NCBI GenBank assembly: GCA_963711205.1 | Contig: CAVQDE010000002.1 | Span: 349,287 to 413,286, forward strand | DNA: 64,000 bases | Reading direction: 5' to 3' | Source: an uncultured Gammaproteobacteria bacterium | Lineage (GTDB): Bacteria; Pseudomonadota; Gammaproteobacteria; DSM-16500 | Shown: piece after piece, positions 1 to 12,110 of the stretch | Numbering within the stretch: the first letter of the stretch is position 1 | How the letters are laid out: each line of letters opens with the position of its first letter | Translations under genes and position numbers: made by a program | Notes under the pieces: generated by a model | The model's database searches: none | The model's input: only the letters and a program-made list of their open reading frames with translations | Told to the model about the DNA's origin: nothing

Positions 1-1494
1 GCCGTTTGCGATTTCAACCAGTACAAAAAAATTGGCTATGTTTAGTTTGATAGTTTCTACAATTTCGGGCGGGGAGTGGGCATATAATACAAAAGGATTA
101 AAGTGAATTGGCACATCAATGCCAAGTTGTAAATGGAATCGTGGAGCTATTTCATTGGCATAAGTTCTATTATTTGCATCTATGAAGGGATGAACTAACA
201 GCATTAATTGAATATGCTCATAAATAAATGTGAGTTTTTCATCTAAGCTTTTATCCATCATTTTCTTGACATTTTCATCACTACATTCTTCTTTCAATTC
301 AGCCATTAGCCTGTATACATGATCAAGCTTGGGGAATGTAAAATATAATTCGTCATTGGTTTGATGCAATCTATTAAATATAGCTTGCGCTAATTCTCGT
401 TTAGTATTGACGTTATATTTTTGCATAGACGCCCACAGTAAATCTTTGAATATCAGGTAACACTGACAGTTAGCTGCCTCATCGAACATTTGAAGCCATT
501 CCGTTTTGAGCTCTTGCATCAGTATTTCAATTTCTTTTACTCCACTTGGGGTTGAAGAAGCTTGTTTTATTGTTTTGATAATAGATTGGGCTGTCTGAGC
601 AGCGCTGAGATCCGTTATCACATCAGCTAATAACTTATTGGCATCGCTTTTATCATGGGCTAATAAATCCTGAAATCGTTCGATTAATCTTTCTTTTAAG
701 TAAACTTCGTTAAAATACAGCGTCATTAAGTCTTCTTCAGTGAGTTCTCTTAATAAATAATTAGGATATTTCTCATGGAAAAGTGAATTAATAGATAGTA
801 GAACAGAGTCTTGATCAGTATCATCGATTTGACTGAGTTTTTTAAGGATAAATTCTGCCTTCTCTGTGCTATCAGCTTCATTTATCAAATCATGCATTTG
901 TTCATAATCTTTAGCGCAGCCAATACTCATACTGCTTAATCTGCCACTATTGCGTTGATGTTCTCCATCAATTAAGTCAATAAGATGTTCAATGCCATCC
1001 ACAGAGACTTCGCTAGCTAAGATCGTAAGAGTTTCATCATTATTAGGCCTATACTTGCCAGAAGAATTCTCGTCTATGTACTCCATAGTTACTTTAGTTA
1101 CATCGGAGTTAACTCTATGCAAATCAGTATCTAACGTGTGATGTCTCAAATCAAACGTTGGAGAATCAATATCGCTTAATGCGATACTATAAGCATTAAA
1201 AAATGCGGTGAGACAACCCGGCTCTCTTTTTTCAAAGGGGAAACAACTTCCTTCTTTTGTCATTTTATCAATTTCGACCATTAAATAAACCAGCATATAA
1301 TCGGGCAATTGACCAATTTTTTTTATTCTGTCTAATGGGGAGATTGGCGTAGGATCATTTGCATGTTTTTCAAAAATGGCGGCGAGTAAATTTAAAACTG
1401 ATTCTCTGTTTTTACTCGCATGATCAAAGGTATTATAAATGTCGATATTTTTACGCAATGAAGGGGAGGGATTTAATTTTTCTCTATGTTGCAC
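1..1494 (-). CDS. Fic-domain protein, candidate secreted effector; runs off the left edge of the window
   Basis: Not in the ORF track. GTG at 1494 with GAGGAG RBS upstream. The same frame encodes HPFIDANNRTY at 160-192, a variant of the Fic motif HPFxDGNGRxxR. Confidence 0.85.
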   Translation of the reverse strand, partial: MQHREKLNPSPSLRKNIDIYNTFDHASKNRESVLNLLAAIFEKHANDPTPISPLDRIKKIGQLPDYMLVYLMVEIDKMTKEGSCFPFEKREPGCLTAFFNAYSIALSDIDSPTFDLRHHTLDTDLHRVNSDVTKVTMEYIDENSSGKYRPNNDETLTILASEVSVDGIEHLIDLIDGEHQRNSGRLSSMSIGCAKDYEQMHDLINEADSTEKAEFILKKLSQIDDTDQDSVLLSINSLFHEKYPNYLLRELTEEDLMTLYFNEVYLKERLIERFQDLLAHDKSDANKLLADVITDLSAAQTAQSIIKTIKQASSTPSGVKEIEILMQELKTEWLQMFDEAANCQCYLIFKDLLWASMQKYNVNTKRELAQAIFNRLHQTNDELYFTFPKLDHVYRLMAELKEECSDENVKKMMDKSLDEKLTFIYEHIQLMLLVHPFIDANNRTYANEIAPRFHLQLGIDVPIHFNPFVLYAHSPPEIVETIKLNIANFFVLVEIANG

Positions 1495-1691
1495 AGAAAC
1501 TCCTCATTAAGTTGTTATTGTAATTTAGCATAGCGTATTCACTTAAATAATGACTACTTTTGGACAACGAATTCTATAGAAAAGTTTTTCTGAGTAAAAG
1601 TGAGCAAGAGTTCGCATGTTGAATTTACTTGCCTAGTCATAAGATAAAAATGTTAAACTTTGCTATTAAATCTTTGACGAAGGGATAAGCA

Positions 1692-2432
1692 ATGCGTAAA
1701 ACTCATCTTTATTCTATTCTTGCTGTTCTATTGTTATTCATGAGTATCTGTTCTTATGCCGAAGGTACATCGACGGATGGAATGAATATCGTTAGAACAA
1801 CAAAAACTCAGGTGGATAAACCAGCCTATTCCACTATTAAAATTGCTTATCCCATTATAAAAAATGGCACAAACAAAAAAGCATTAAATGCTGAAATAAA
1901 CCAAACCCTAGAGGGAATCGTAAATACTTACAAAAAGAATCTTGCTGAAAATCAGCCGCTAACACCTATTTCCGGTTTGCCGCTCTCCGCTGATAGCAAT
2001 ATGTTAGATGTTGACTATAAGGTGTTTCATGCCACCCCAAGCCTGATTAGCATACGCTTTTCCATTTATACAAACTTTTATGGATCTGCTCATCCTTTCA
2101 CAACATTTCAGAGTTTTAATTATGATATCAGCCAGGGAAAAGTCTTATCGTTAGGTGATATTTTTAATTCGAATCATTATTTACAATTCTTAGCGACTTA
2201 CATTAAAGAGCCATTAACCAAGCAATTATCTACAGCCGCTTCTAGCCCTACTGAACCTTTCCCTGAAGGATTGAAACCTACTTCTGAGAATTTTGCCATT
2301 TGGAATCTTACCTCAGATGGACTGTTATTGACTTTTCCTCCTTATCAAGTCGCAGCTTATGTTTTCGGCCCACAAGAAGTAACCATTCCTTATATAAAAA
2401 TAAAGAGTATGTTGCGATTAGAATGGCTTTGA
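1692..2432 (+). CDS. Secreted DUF3298/DUF4163 (RsiV/PdaC-like) protein
   Basis: Signal peptide; motifs GSAHP, FNYD..G..LSL.DIF and FPPYQVAAY..G typical of DUF3298. Confidence 0.75.
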   Translation: MRKTHLYSILAVLLLFMSICSYAEGTSTDGMNIVRTTKTQVDKPAYSTIKIAYPIIKNGTNKKALNAEINQTLEGIVNTYKKNLAENQPLTPISGLPLSADSNMLDVDYKVFHATPSLISIRFSIYTNFYGSAHPFTTFQSFNYDISQGKVLSLGDIFNSNHYLQFLATYIKEPLTKQLSTAASSPTEPFPEGLKPTSENFAIWNLTSDGLLLTFPPYQVAAYVFGPQEVTIPYIKIKSMLRLEWL

Positions 2433-2473
2433 TGGTTAAAAGAGTTATTGAGTGGTCATCAACAATTCTACTT

Positions 2474-2678
2474 TGTCATCCCGGAATTTAGCACTGCTCG
2501 GCGAGCTTGCGAGCCCCGTTTAAAAACATAACGGGGCAAGCTTCGCAGTGCTTAATGTCCGGGACCTATCCCAACTTTTGCACAAAGGCATGGATGGGTC
2601 CCGGACAAGTGCTCAGTAAAAAACACTTCACACTTTCCGGGATGACAGCGTGGGTGCTCAGTAAAAAACACTTCGCAC
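2474..2678. repeat. Composite palindromic element (CGTC/GTCATCC-type REP/RPE-like), copy 1, with a trailing duplicated 25-nt module
   Basis: Terminal IR TGTCATCCCGGAA (2474-2486) / TTCCGGGATGACA (2635-2647); internal IR TGTCCGGGACC..GGTCCCGGACA; module 2609-2633 repeated at 2654-2678 with 1 mismatch; near-identical to 43662-43809. Confidence 0.9.
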
Positions 2679-2684
2679 AATCAA

Positions 2685-4724
2685 TCAGCCAATCGTAAAC
2701 ACAGAGGAATAGCCTGTGTAAGGCGTTATATATCCTCCGAGTGCGGCTTTTGAATCTCCATAATGCACAATACGATATTGACCCGGCTGAACGTCTTCTG
2801 ATGTTCTCCATATAATAGTCACTAACGAATATGCCAAGAAATTTTTCTGCCAGTGATATTCTGTGTCCCAATCAAGATCTTTTCTAATCGTTTTCCATTG
2901 ACCATGTTCAAGCTGTTGTACAGCCAGATAACTATCTTGAATACGAAAATTATTTTTTGGATGTGCACCCCAAAAGGTGACTTCAATTGTGTCGCCAGGT
3001 TTGTATGTCTGTTTTACATCTTGGTAGATATCGCCAAATTGTCTCCAGACAGGTTTGTCATCGAATAAAACGTCTGGTTGCAAATCCAATTGAAAATCTA
3101 AGTAATCGGGTGGTAACGGTCCTTCTTCAACCACTTGATCATTCACCAAAGCAATGGTCAACTTAGCAAACTCTTGCTGCAAGGCTGCTTGTTGCCATGG
3201 ACCAAAATGGGTAGAAGCTCCTTCATAACGCTGCAACTGATATTCCTCGTTGGTTGCCACATAACCGGCATAGGCATTAGATAAGGCTGATAAAACAACA
3301 CGATTATCTTTTGGTAATTGCTTTGCCATCGTTTCTCTGATGCGTCGTCCCGTCATGGTTGTTAATTCAAATGGAGCGGCAGCAATCACTAAATTACCTA
3401 TTTTGAAAACTTGTAGTGGTAGTATGCGCGGCGTCCATGGACGAGGTAACATGCGACCGGTTTGAATGGCGATAGGTTTTACTCCTTGACAGGAGGTGGT
3501 TACCATCTTGCAAATAAATGACGGAAGAATTTTACTCACTGTGGAACAATTGACGCCTTGTTTGCCTATTCCTTCGCCATCTGCCGTCCCAGCTAGCATA
3601 GAAACTCCAATCGCAGCAGGGCATGTCATTTGCGTTTTACCATCGGTATATTGAGGATCAATAATGACCTTATCCATCTCAACAAATTTATGTCGATAAT
3701 CAATACCACCTGTTACGATCTCGTTAGCAGAATTGAATAATTTTTTAGCCTCTTCATATTGGGGTTTACCCGCTTTTTCGACGGCGATTAATCCTTCTAA
3801 TCCAGATCCGCCTTCTACGCCATAATGATTAGGCGAGACGTCGCCCGCATTCGCTTGCGCAAACGCCGCAACAAAAGCCTTAGGACCATAGTCAGAATTA
3901 AAATCTTTTTCAAACAAATATTCTGCATATCCTTTGTTATCGCCGCTAATGAGATAATTTTTATTATTCAAAGAAACACCATGAATAGGAAACCAATTAA
4001 TCGTTCCTATCGGTTTGCCGTCCAAAGTATCAAATCGAATTAATGTCATCTCGGTGTCAGTGTCACCTTGATAGCGATCACGTTCGGCTTGTGGATTTAA
4101 TAAATAAGAAGTAGGGGAGCGATTAAAGTTGATTCCAGTTAAATCACCTCGTGCAATTTTTATTTGTCCCGGCGTCATATTATTTTGTGCGAGTTCAATC
4201 GCAGCAACAATGCCGTCAACAATCTTATCAAAATATTTTCTGTTAAATCCTAACGTGGTGAGATTGTAGAGGGTATAGGTCGAATAGCCGCCAGGCACAC
4301 TGTGTGTATGAATCGCGGTTATTAAAACATTTTGATCACTATAAAGATTGCCGAACTTAGCGTGAAGTTTATTCACGACTTGTTGTTTAACTGCTTGGAA
4401 TACCATAGTTAAGTCTGTATTAACAAAAACAATTCTCTTGCCATTACAAGGCGACTCAATGATAAATGCTCTTGCCCACAATCGTTGCGAAAGACCGGCT
4501 GTTCTTTGAAATAACATGGCATAACCCATCATGCCTTGCTCTGCTGCTGGTCCCGTAATGTCATAAATGCCTGCACCAATATTAAACGTTGTATTTGTCT
4601 GACATTGATCAGTGTGCAACGTGTCTGCAAATGAGATGTTGCTCATGAAAGAAAGTAAAAAAATAAAGAAATGGAAGAGGATAGTAATGCGATGTTTTTT
4701 AGGAAAAAAGTTGAATACGAGCAT
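2685..4724 (-). CDS. Neutral/alkaline ceramidase
   Basis: Motifs GAGIYDITGP, MMGYA, HTHS.PGG, GDNKGYA, GDVSPN and YEGAST; N-terminal signal peptide. Confidence 0.92.
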   Translation of the reverse strand: MLVFNFFPKKHRITILFHFFIFLLSFMSNISFADTLHTDQCQTNTTFNIGAGIYDITGPAAEQGMMGYAMLFQRTAGLSQRLWARAFIIESPCNGKRIVFVNTDLTMVFQAVKQQVVNKLHAKFGNLYSDQNVLITAIHTHSVPGGYSTYTLYNLTTLGFNRKYFDKIVDGIVAAIELAQNNMTPGQIKIARGDLTGINFNRSPTSYLLNPQAERDRYQGDTDTEMTLIRFDTLDGKPIGTINWFPIHGVSLNNKNYLISGDNKGYAEYLFEKDFNSDYGPKAFVAAFAQANAGDVSPNHYGVEGGSGLEGLIAVEKAGKPQYEEAKKLFNSANEIVTGGIDYRHKFVEMDKVIIDPQYTDGKTQMTCPAAIGVSMLAGTADGEGIGKQGVNCSTVSKILPSFICKMVTTSCQGVKPIAIQTGRMLPRPWTPRILPLQVFKIGNLVIAAAPFELTTMTGRRIRETMAKQLPKDNRVVLSALSNAYAGYVATNEEYQLQRYEGASTHFGPWQQAALQQEFAKLTIALVNDQVVEEGPLPPDYLDFQLDLQPDVLFDDKPVWRQFGDIYQDVKQTYKPGDTIEVTFWGAHPKNNFRIQDSYLAVQQLEHGQWKTIRKDLDWDTEYHWQKNFLAYSLVTIIWRTSEDVQPGQYRIVHYGDSKAALGGYITPYTGYSSVFTIG

Positions 4725-4852
4725 GCTGCCTAACTCCTTTGGCTTTGTGAATAATCATTAACCGCAATGGGCAAAGAATATGGCATCTATAATTTCAGCG
4801 CAAGCGTCGTGTATTAAGCACCTTCATGGGATAAAAAGGCCCCATAGATAAA

Positions 4853-5458
4853 TTAGGCCTTTAATTTCTTATAAACATAACATAACGCTGAATCCCATGA
4901 GCATTCGATGCGAATGACTTTAGTAAAAGACAATCGTGTTAACGTGCTAATCGGTCGTAAGGTTAATATCGTGTGAATACTAGTTGTGCTATCGATAATT
5001 TTTCCTAGTTTAGCCAGCAATGCTTGACTGAAACAAGGTGAACCAATAAGCACTACCGAAGCTGTCGTCAACGGAATATCTAAAAAACTTCCTAACAGGA
5101 AAGTTAATGTTCGTCCGCCCGTATAAAAATGGGGAAGCTCTTGTTGAATTTTTTTCTCTATGGCTAGCGATGTTTGATGTAACTCAGGAATAATTTCTAT
5201 CCCGCATACTTCTTTCGCCGCTGATTTTAAAAAAACTTGCACCACTGCTTTTCCTAATCCTGAGCCAAGATCAAAAAAAATATCTTGATCTGAAAATTCT
5301 ACTTCAGCTAAAAGCTTATTAATGCTTTCATACAATATCTCACCATACGTTTCAGCTATGTTTTTATTTTGCCTGTCATTCATCCCATGCCCGCGTATAT
5401 TATGGTATAAAATAGTTAAATATTGCTGGCATAGCGCATGAGTATTAAGGTTGTGCAT
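4853..5458 (-). CDS. DOT1-like SAM-dependent methyltransferase
   Basis: TYGEI, FFDLGSGLGK.V.Q and GIEI motifs match the DOT1 family. Start uncertain (5458 or 5497). Confidence 0.7.
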   Translation of the reverse strand: MHNLNTHALCQQYLTILYHNIRGHGMNDRQNKNIAETYGEILYESINKLLAEVEFSDQDIFFDLGSGLGKAVVQVFLKSAAKEVCGIEIIPELHQTSLAIEKKIQQELPHFYTGGRTLTFLLGSFLDIPLTTASVVLIGSPCFSQALLAKLGKIIDSTTSIHTILTLRPISTLTRLSFTKVIRIECSWDSALCYVYKKLKA

Positions 5459-5511
5459 GACAACGCATTCCATTCTAGAGACATTATTAACCATCAAGTA
5501 TACTCATTTTT

Positions 5512-6474
5512 ATGAATACAGAGCAGTTATCAACCCAAAATAGCATAGATAAATGGCAATACATGCTAGAAATCGTGAATCAACACCCTGCATTTTCTCA
5601 GCCCGATTTATCCTGGCAATTTAAAAAAATGGTTGTCAGTCGATTGCTAACAGAAAATGTATTGACGTTTTTATTGCAGTATATCGGTCTCATGCTAGTG
5701 GGTGCGCTCACTCCACAATCGATAGCGCCACTGTGGTTTTCTAGCGGTACCGCTTGCGCATTTATTTTTATGCGTGGTTATAGCGTATTACCGGGTATTT
5801 TCTTAGGTTGTTTTTGTGCTTTTTATTTATCACTAGGAAGTGTTTTTCAATCGGCAATCAGTGCGGGAATCAATGCCATACAAGCATTTTTATTATTATG
5901 GCTAAGCTATCGCTATATTAGCCCTACCTTAATGTTTGCTAAGAGAGCAGACTTTGTTAAGTTTATTTTTTGTTGCGGCATTCTGACCGCCATTACCAGT
6001 TTTATGATGGGATGGTTTTATTTTTTGCTTCCTGATTTCACACGGATGATTCAATTCTGGCTGAGATTGTGGTTAGGAAATTTGGGTGGCATTCTCATTT
6101 TTTCAATGGCCATTTTGACTTGGGATTTATATTTTTTGCAATGGGAAGAATTAAAGGAAATAAATAAACGAATACTTACTTTTTATTATGCTTTATTATT
6201 GGCGGACATTATTTTTCTCTTATTTAGCCATACTCCTTTTTTTATCGTATTATTTTCTCTTGGCACGTTGCCAATCATATTAATGATAAGCCTGCGTTTA
6301 GGCTGGGCGGGTGTGGTAGCAGCCATGTTGTTATTTGGATTGCTTCTCAACTTTGCGGTTGATTTGAAAGCTCCTCTGTTTTCCACTCATTTTTCGTTCA
6401 TGACATTAATTTATATTCAATCTATCTTAGTGATGGAAATAATAGTTGGGTTATTTCTAGTCATCAGAAAATAA
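5512..6474 (+). CDS. MASE1-like integral membrane protein
   Basis: About 8-9 TM segments; PLW..SG and W..W.GN..G.L pattern typical of MASE1; no fused output domain. Confidence 0.65.
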   Translation: MNTEQLSTQNSIDKWQYMLEIVNQHPAFSQPDLSWQFKKMVVSRLLTENVLTFLLQYIGLMLVGALTPQSIAPLWFSSGTACAFIFMRGYSVLPGIFLGCFCAFYLSLGSVFQSAISAGINAIQAFLLLWLSYRYISPTLMFAKRADFVKFIFCCGILTAITSFMMGWFYFLLPDFTRMIQFWLRLWLGNLGGILIFSMAILTWDLYFLQWEELKEINKRILTFYYALLLADIIFLLFSHTPFFIVLFSLGTLPIILMISLRLGWAGVVAAMLLFGLLLNFAVDLKAPLFSTHFSFMTLIYIQSILVMEIIVGLFLVIRK

Positions 6475-6488
6475 TTTAATCAGATTGG

Positions 6489-6527
6489 AAAAGTAGTTCC
6501 TGCACACAAGGAACAAGAACTACTTTT
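6489..6527. terminator. Hairpin between convergent genes
   Basis: AAAAGTAGTTC...GAACTACTTTT inverted repeat. Confidence 0.55.
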
Positions 6528-6535
6528 ATTCGATT

Positions 6536-6985
6536 TTATTGACTACTGCTTGAAGGTGATTCTGTTTGAGTTGCTGGTGTTGTCGTCATCATTTTTTCTT
6601 TCATCATATGATGATGCATACCATGTTTCATTTTCCATACAGCTGCATGTTCTTTGCATGCTTTAACATCCGAAGCATTAACGGTGACCCCAGATATCGT
6701 TTTGCCTTTTAGGATTGGAGTGACACAGTCTTTCCAAATATTTTTACCCGGCATATGTTTACTTAGACGATATCCAGCTTCCTCACAAGCACTAGCAATT
6801 TTCATGCAAGAATGATGTCTGTGGTGTTTAGGCATCATCATCATTTTGTTGTTGGACATGTTGTTGTTGGTCATATTGGCAGTAGGAGCAGCAGCTGAAG
6901 GGGCTTCTGTTTGAGATTGAGCATTTACAGTAGTCATTCCTAGACCTAATATTAAGCAACTTGTAAATAAAAGAGCTTTTTTCAT
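6536..6985 (-). CDS. Secreted His/Met-rich protein with a 4-Cys core
   Basis: Signal peptide from MKKALL (6985, GGAG RBS); MMMMPKHHRHH and HGMHHHMM tracts. Confidence 0.7.
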   Translation of the reverse strand: MKKALLFTSCLILGLGMTTVNAQSQTEAPSAAAPTANMTNNNMSNNKMMMMPKHHRHHSCMKIASACEEAGYRLSKHMPGKNIWKDCVTPILKGKTISGVTVNASDVKACKEHAAVWKMKHGMHHHMMKEKMMTTTPATQTESPSSSSQ

Positions 6986-7058
6986 ACGATTCTCCATGTT
7001 AATTAACATGGAGATGATACTGCTTAATTATCTTTGCCACAATATTCCTTGCGATATC

Positions 7059-7367
7059 TTAATTTTCTTCCAATATACCGGTTGCGTTACCGCCATTATC
7101 ATTATCAAGGTCTAAGATATATCGTCCACCACCATCCAGTGTTGCGATTCCGCTATACACTATTCCACTATCATCATGCACGGTAATATCTAATGTCCCA
7201 TCTCCTTCATCTTCTGCATAGCCATAATAAACACGACCTTGGTTATCACGTAGTGTCACAGAGTTGTCTCTTTGCAATGAGCCATGTAGTTCATAAGCAA
7301 AAACAGTATTAGAAATGAGTAACAGTCCCGTCAATAGTATGAGTGATTTAAAATTTGTTGATTTCAT
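7059..7367 (-). CDS. Small secreted acidic beta-rich hypothetical protein
   Basis: Signal peptide ending VFA; about three internal repeats of the form (T/D)L.D..G..Y.G.A. Confidence 0.65.
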   Translation of the reverse strand: MKSTNFKSLILLTGLLLISNTVFAYELHGSLQRDNSVTLRDNQGRVYYGYAEDEGDGTLDITVHDDSGIVYSGIATLDGGGRYILDLDNDNGGNATGILEEN

Positions 7368-7487
7368 TTCTCCATCGCCTTCTTCTACTCCATTAATAAT
7401 GATTGTATCTCAATTTGACATTGCAATTCTCCGCTAACATGACAAAGTGATAGAATAGATCATTAATATCAAACAGGGAGGTTTGAC

Positions 7488-8588
7488 GTGAAAAAAGCAT
7501 TAACCCTAATTGTTATTGGTATAACAACTTCGCTATCTTTTCTCACTACGCATGCTTGTACTGATTTTCAACTCAAAGCAAATGATGGGACTTACTTAAT
7601 TGCTCGCAGTATGGAATTTGAGATAGATCTAGCGTCTAATTTGCGTACGTCCACACGAAGCAGGCAAGAATCCAGTCCGGGACCTGGAGGCAGTCAAGGC
7701 CTCACCTGGACTGATAAATATGGCTATGTTTATTTAGATGGTTTTAAACAAGATGTAGTGCTGGATGGCATGAACGAGCAAGGCTTATCGTTCGAATATT
7801 TATATCTCCCTGGTGAAACTCAATATCCAGTTGTTCCTGCAGGAAAAAATAACCAAGCGCTCTCTTATGTCAATTTTGGTGCCTGGATTTTAGGCAATTT
7901 CAAATCCATTGACGAAGTTAAACAAGCATTAAATACAGTTTATGTTTTCCAAGGTTCAATGCCAGGCATGGGTAATATCGTGCTTCCTGCGCATGCCGCG
8001 ATTCATGATAGTCAAGGCAATGGTTTAGTGGTGGAGTTTGTGAAAGGGAAGCTGATGACACATGATTACATCGGTGTCATGACTAATTCACCTACTTACG
8101 ATTGGCAGGTGACAAATTTGCGTAATTATCTCAATTTAACGCCTTATACTCCGCATCCTATTATTAGTAATGGTTTGACTTTTTCTGCAACGGGACAAGG
8201 TGCTGGTATGGTTGGCCTACCGGGTGACGTTAGTCCACCATCACGTTTTGTGAAAGTTGCTTTTATGCTGAAAAACGTATATCCGACGAATAATGCGACC
8301 GATGTACTGAATCTGGCGGAACACATAATAAATAACGTTGATATTCCTAGTGGATTAGCGCGAACCAAAGTCAATGGCCAAGTCTCAACCGATATTACTG
8401 AGTGGGTGGTTTTCAAAGATACCACACACAAAAAGATTTATTACCGCACTTACAATGATATGACGTTGCGTTCTATTTCATTTGATCGATTAGATTTTTC
8501 ACCAAATGGTCCACGATTGAAAATGTCTTTAGTTGCCGCACCTTACGTCATGGATATGAACGATCAATTTCTCAATTCTAAGAGCTAA
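7488..8588 (+). CDS. Choloylglycine hydrolase / penicillin V acylase family Ntn-hydrolase
   Basis: Signal peptide followed by nucleophile Cys (CTDF); ARSMEF, DGMNEQGL, TNSP and GLPGD.SPPSRFV motifs. Confidence 0.9.
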   Translation: MKKALTLIVIGITTSLSFLTTHACTDFQLKANDGTYLIARSMEFEIDLASNLRTSTRSRQESSPGPGGSQGLTWTDKYGYVYLDGFKQDVVLDGMNEQGLSFEYLYLPGETQYPVVPAGKNNQALSYVNFGAWILGNFKSIDEVKQALNTVYVFQGSMPGMGNIVLPAHAAIHDSQGNGLVVEFVKGKLMTHDYIGVMTNSPTYDWQVTNLRNYLNLTPYTPHPIISNGLTFSATGQGAGMVGLPGDVSPPSRFVKVAFMLKNVYPTNNATDVLNLAEHIINNVDIPSGLARTKVNGQVSTDITEWVVFKDTTHKKIYYRTYNDMTLRSISFDRLDFSPNGPRLKMSLVAAPYVMDMNDQFLNSKS

Positions 8589-8598
8589 GATTACCTGT

Positions 8599-8623
8599 CG
8601 TCATCCTCGGGCCGAGGATGACG
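8599..8623. repeat. Collapsed CGTC-type palindrome
   Basis: CGTCATCCTCGG-G-CCGAGGATGACG; same arms as the outer layer of 37953-38092. Confidence 0.8.
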
Positions 8624-8635
8624 CAGTAACATTTA

Positions 8636-9025
8636 TTAAAGAGAAGTGGCGATAAAACCTATATACAGTAGTATCACGCCAAACATTAAACCGAATAAAC
8701 TAAACAAGAAGGGGATCTGGTCTATATATTTTGATATCAGCATTTTCCATTGCTTCACAAAAATGACTCGGAAAATTCCAATAAACAATACACATGCACC
8801 TACTAGCGTAATGAGTAAGGCCCAGCTAAGTTCGAAGCTATTCGCGAACAAGATGGATAAGCTGCCAAAAATAACGGGTAACACGCCTCCCATGATATAG
8901 CCAGATTCTTCCTTGACCATGTGTTTTGCCATTTCGCGTGCATCTTCAAGATTAAATAAGATGCCAAGGGACAAGAACAAAGAGACTAGGCCAAACCAAC
9001 GAGCAAACACAATGAAATTCATCAT
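8636..9025 (-). CDS. 4-TM hypothetical membrane protein
   Basis: Hydrophobic 129-aa ORF with RBS. Confidence 0.7.
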   Translation of the reverse strand: MMNFIVFARWFGLVSLFLSLGILFNLEDAREMAKHMVKEESGYIMGGVLPVIFGSLSILFANSFELSWALLITLVGACVLFIGIFRVIFVKQWKMLISKYIDQIPFLFSLFGLMFGVILLYIGFIATSL

Positions 9026-9123
9026 TACAAATCATCCCTTTGTTAAAAATATTCATTTCATATAAGGAAAAATCATAACATTAGCTTATAATGTTTGAAA
9101 GTATATAGACTTAGGGTCTTACT

Positions 9124-10105
9124 ATGATCGCAAGGATGCGGGGTGCTTTTATCCAAACAGAGACTTTTTTAAATGCGTATCAAAGCTTAACGAAGTGGCT
9201 GCTGCTTCTGTTGGCTTGTTTTGTGATGCTTGGTCTTGCCGGTTGTATGGAGTGTCGGCATACTGAATCCCAAAGGAATCATAGCTCACGAAGAGCGTAG
9301 GTTATTCTTTGACACGCTTGGCATTGATGCTCATTGTCGTTTTGCCTGTGATTGTAATGAGTTTTACCTTCGTTTATCACTATCAAGTGTCGCATCGAGT
9401 TAGGGAATATAGACCAAATTGGAGTCATAGTTTTTTTCTAGAATCACTTTGGTGGGGCATACCCTGCGTCATTATCTTTGTTCTTGCTGTGTTAACGTGG
9501 AAAAAAACTCATGAACTCGATCCCTTTCAACAAATTACAGGGCGGACCGATCAACCTCCTCTGCAAATTCAAGTGATAGCATTGCCATGGAAATGGCTAT
9601 TCATTTATCCACAACAAAATATAGCCACTATTAATTATCTATGATCCTCCGATTGGGCAACAGGTGGAATTTTCGGATGACGACCGATAATGTCCCCATG
9701 AGTGCTTTTTTTATCCCGCAATTAGGCAGCCAGATTTATACCATGGCAGGAATGCGCTCCCGTTTGCATTTATTGGCGAATCAAACAGGAGATTATGAAG
9801 GTATGAATACTCAATATAATGGTGCAGGATTTTCAGACATGCATTTTCCGGTGCATGTTGTTGAGCGTGAACAAATGCAGCAATGGATTGATCAAATAAA
9901 AAAATCGTCTAATCGCCATTAACAGATCGCTGGCTATATCATGAATTACTGAATCCTGCAATGGGTGATAAACCGCAATTTTTTTCTGGCGTGAGCACAG
10001 ATTTATTTAAAAATGTGATTGCAATCTCTACATGAATTCTGTTGGAACTGTTCATCCTCGTAATGAACAAGGAGAATTTTATTGCATCAAATGGAAAAGG
10101 AATAG
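9124..10105 (+). pseudogene. cyoA: Cytochrome bo3 ubiquinol oxidase subunit II, frameshifted
   Basis: Fragments in shifting frames: lipobox LAGC, LNPKG, YRPNWSHS..LE..WWGIP, WKWLFIYP, FFIPQLGSQIYTMAGM. Ends approximate. Confidence 0.8.
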
Positions 10106-10106
10106 A

Positions 10107-12109
<2,003 letters not shown>

Positions 12110-12110
<1 letters not shown>

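Noticed and set aside
2474-2678. Possible CRISPR array or structured ncRNA (25-nt module repeated with a 20-nt gap)
   Set aside because: Only two copies, both part of a dispersed palindromic element; no cas genes; no regular repeat-spacer series.
2300-2871. ORFs 2300..2491, 2507..2698 and 2566..2871
   Set aside because: They overlap real genes or read through the palindromic repeat; no RBS or protein-like features.
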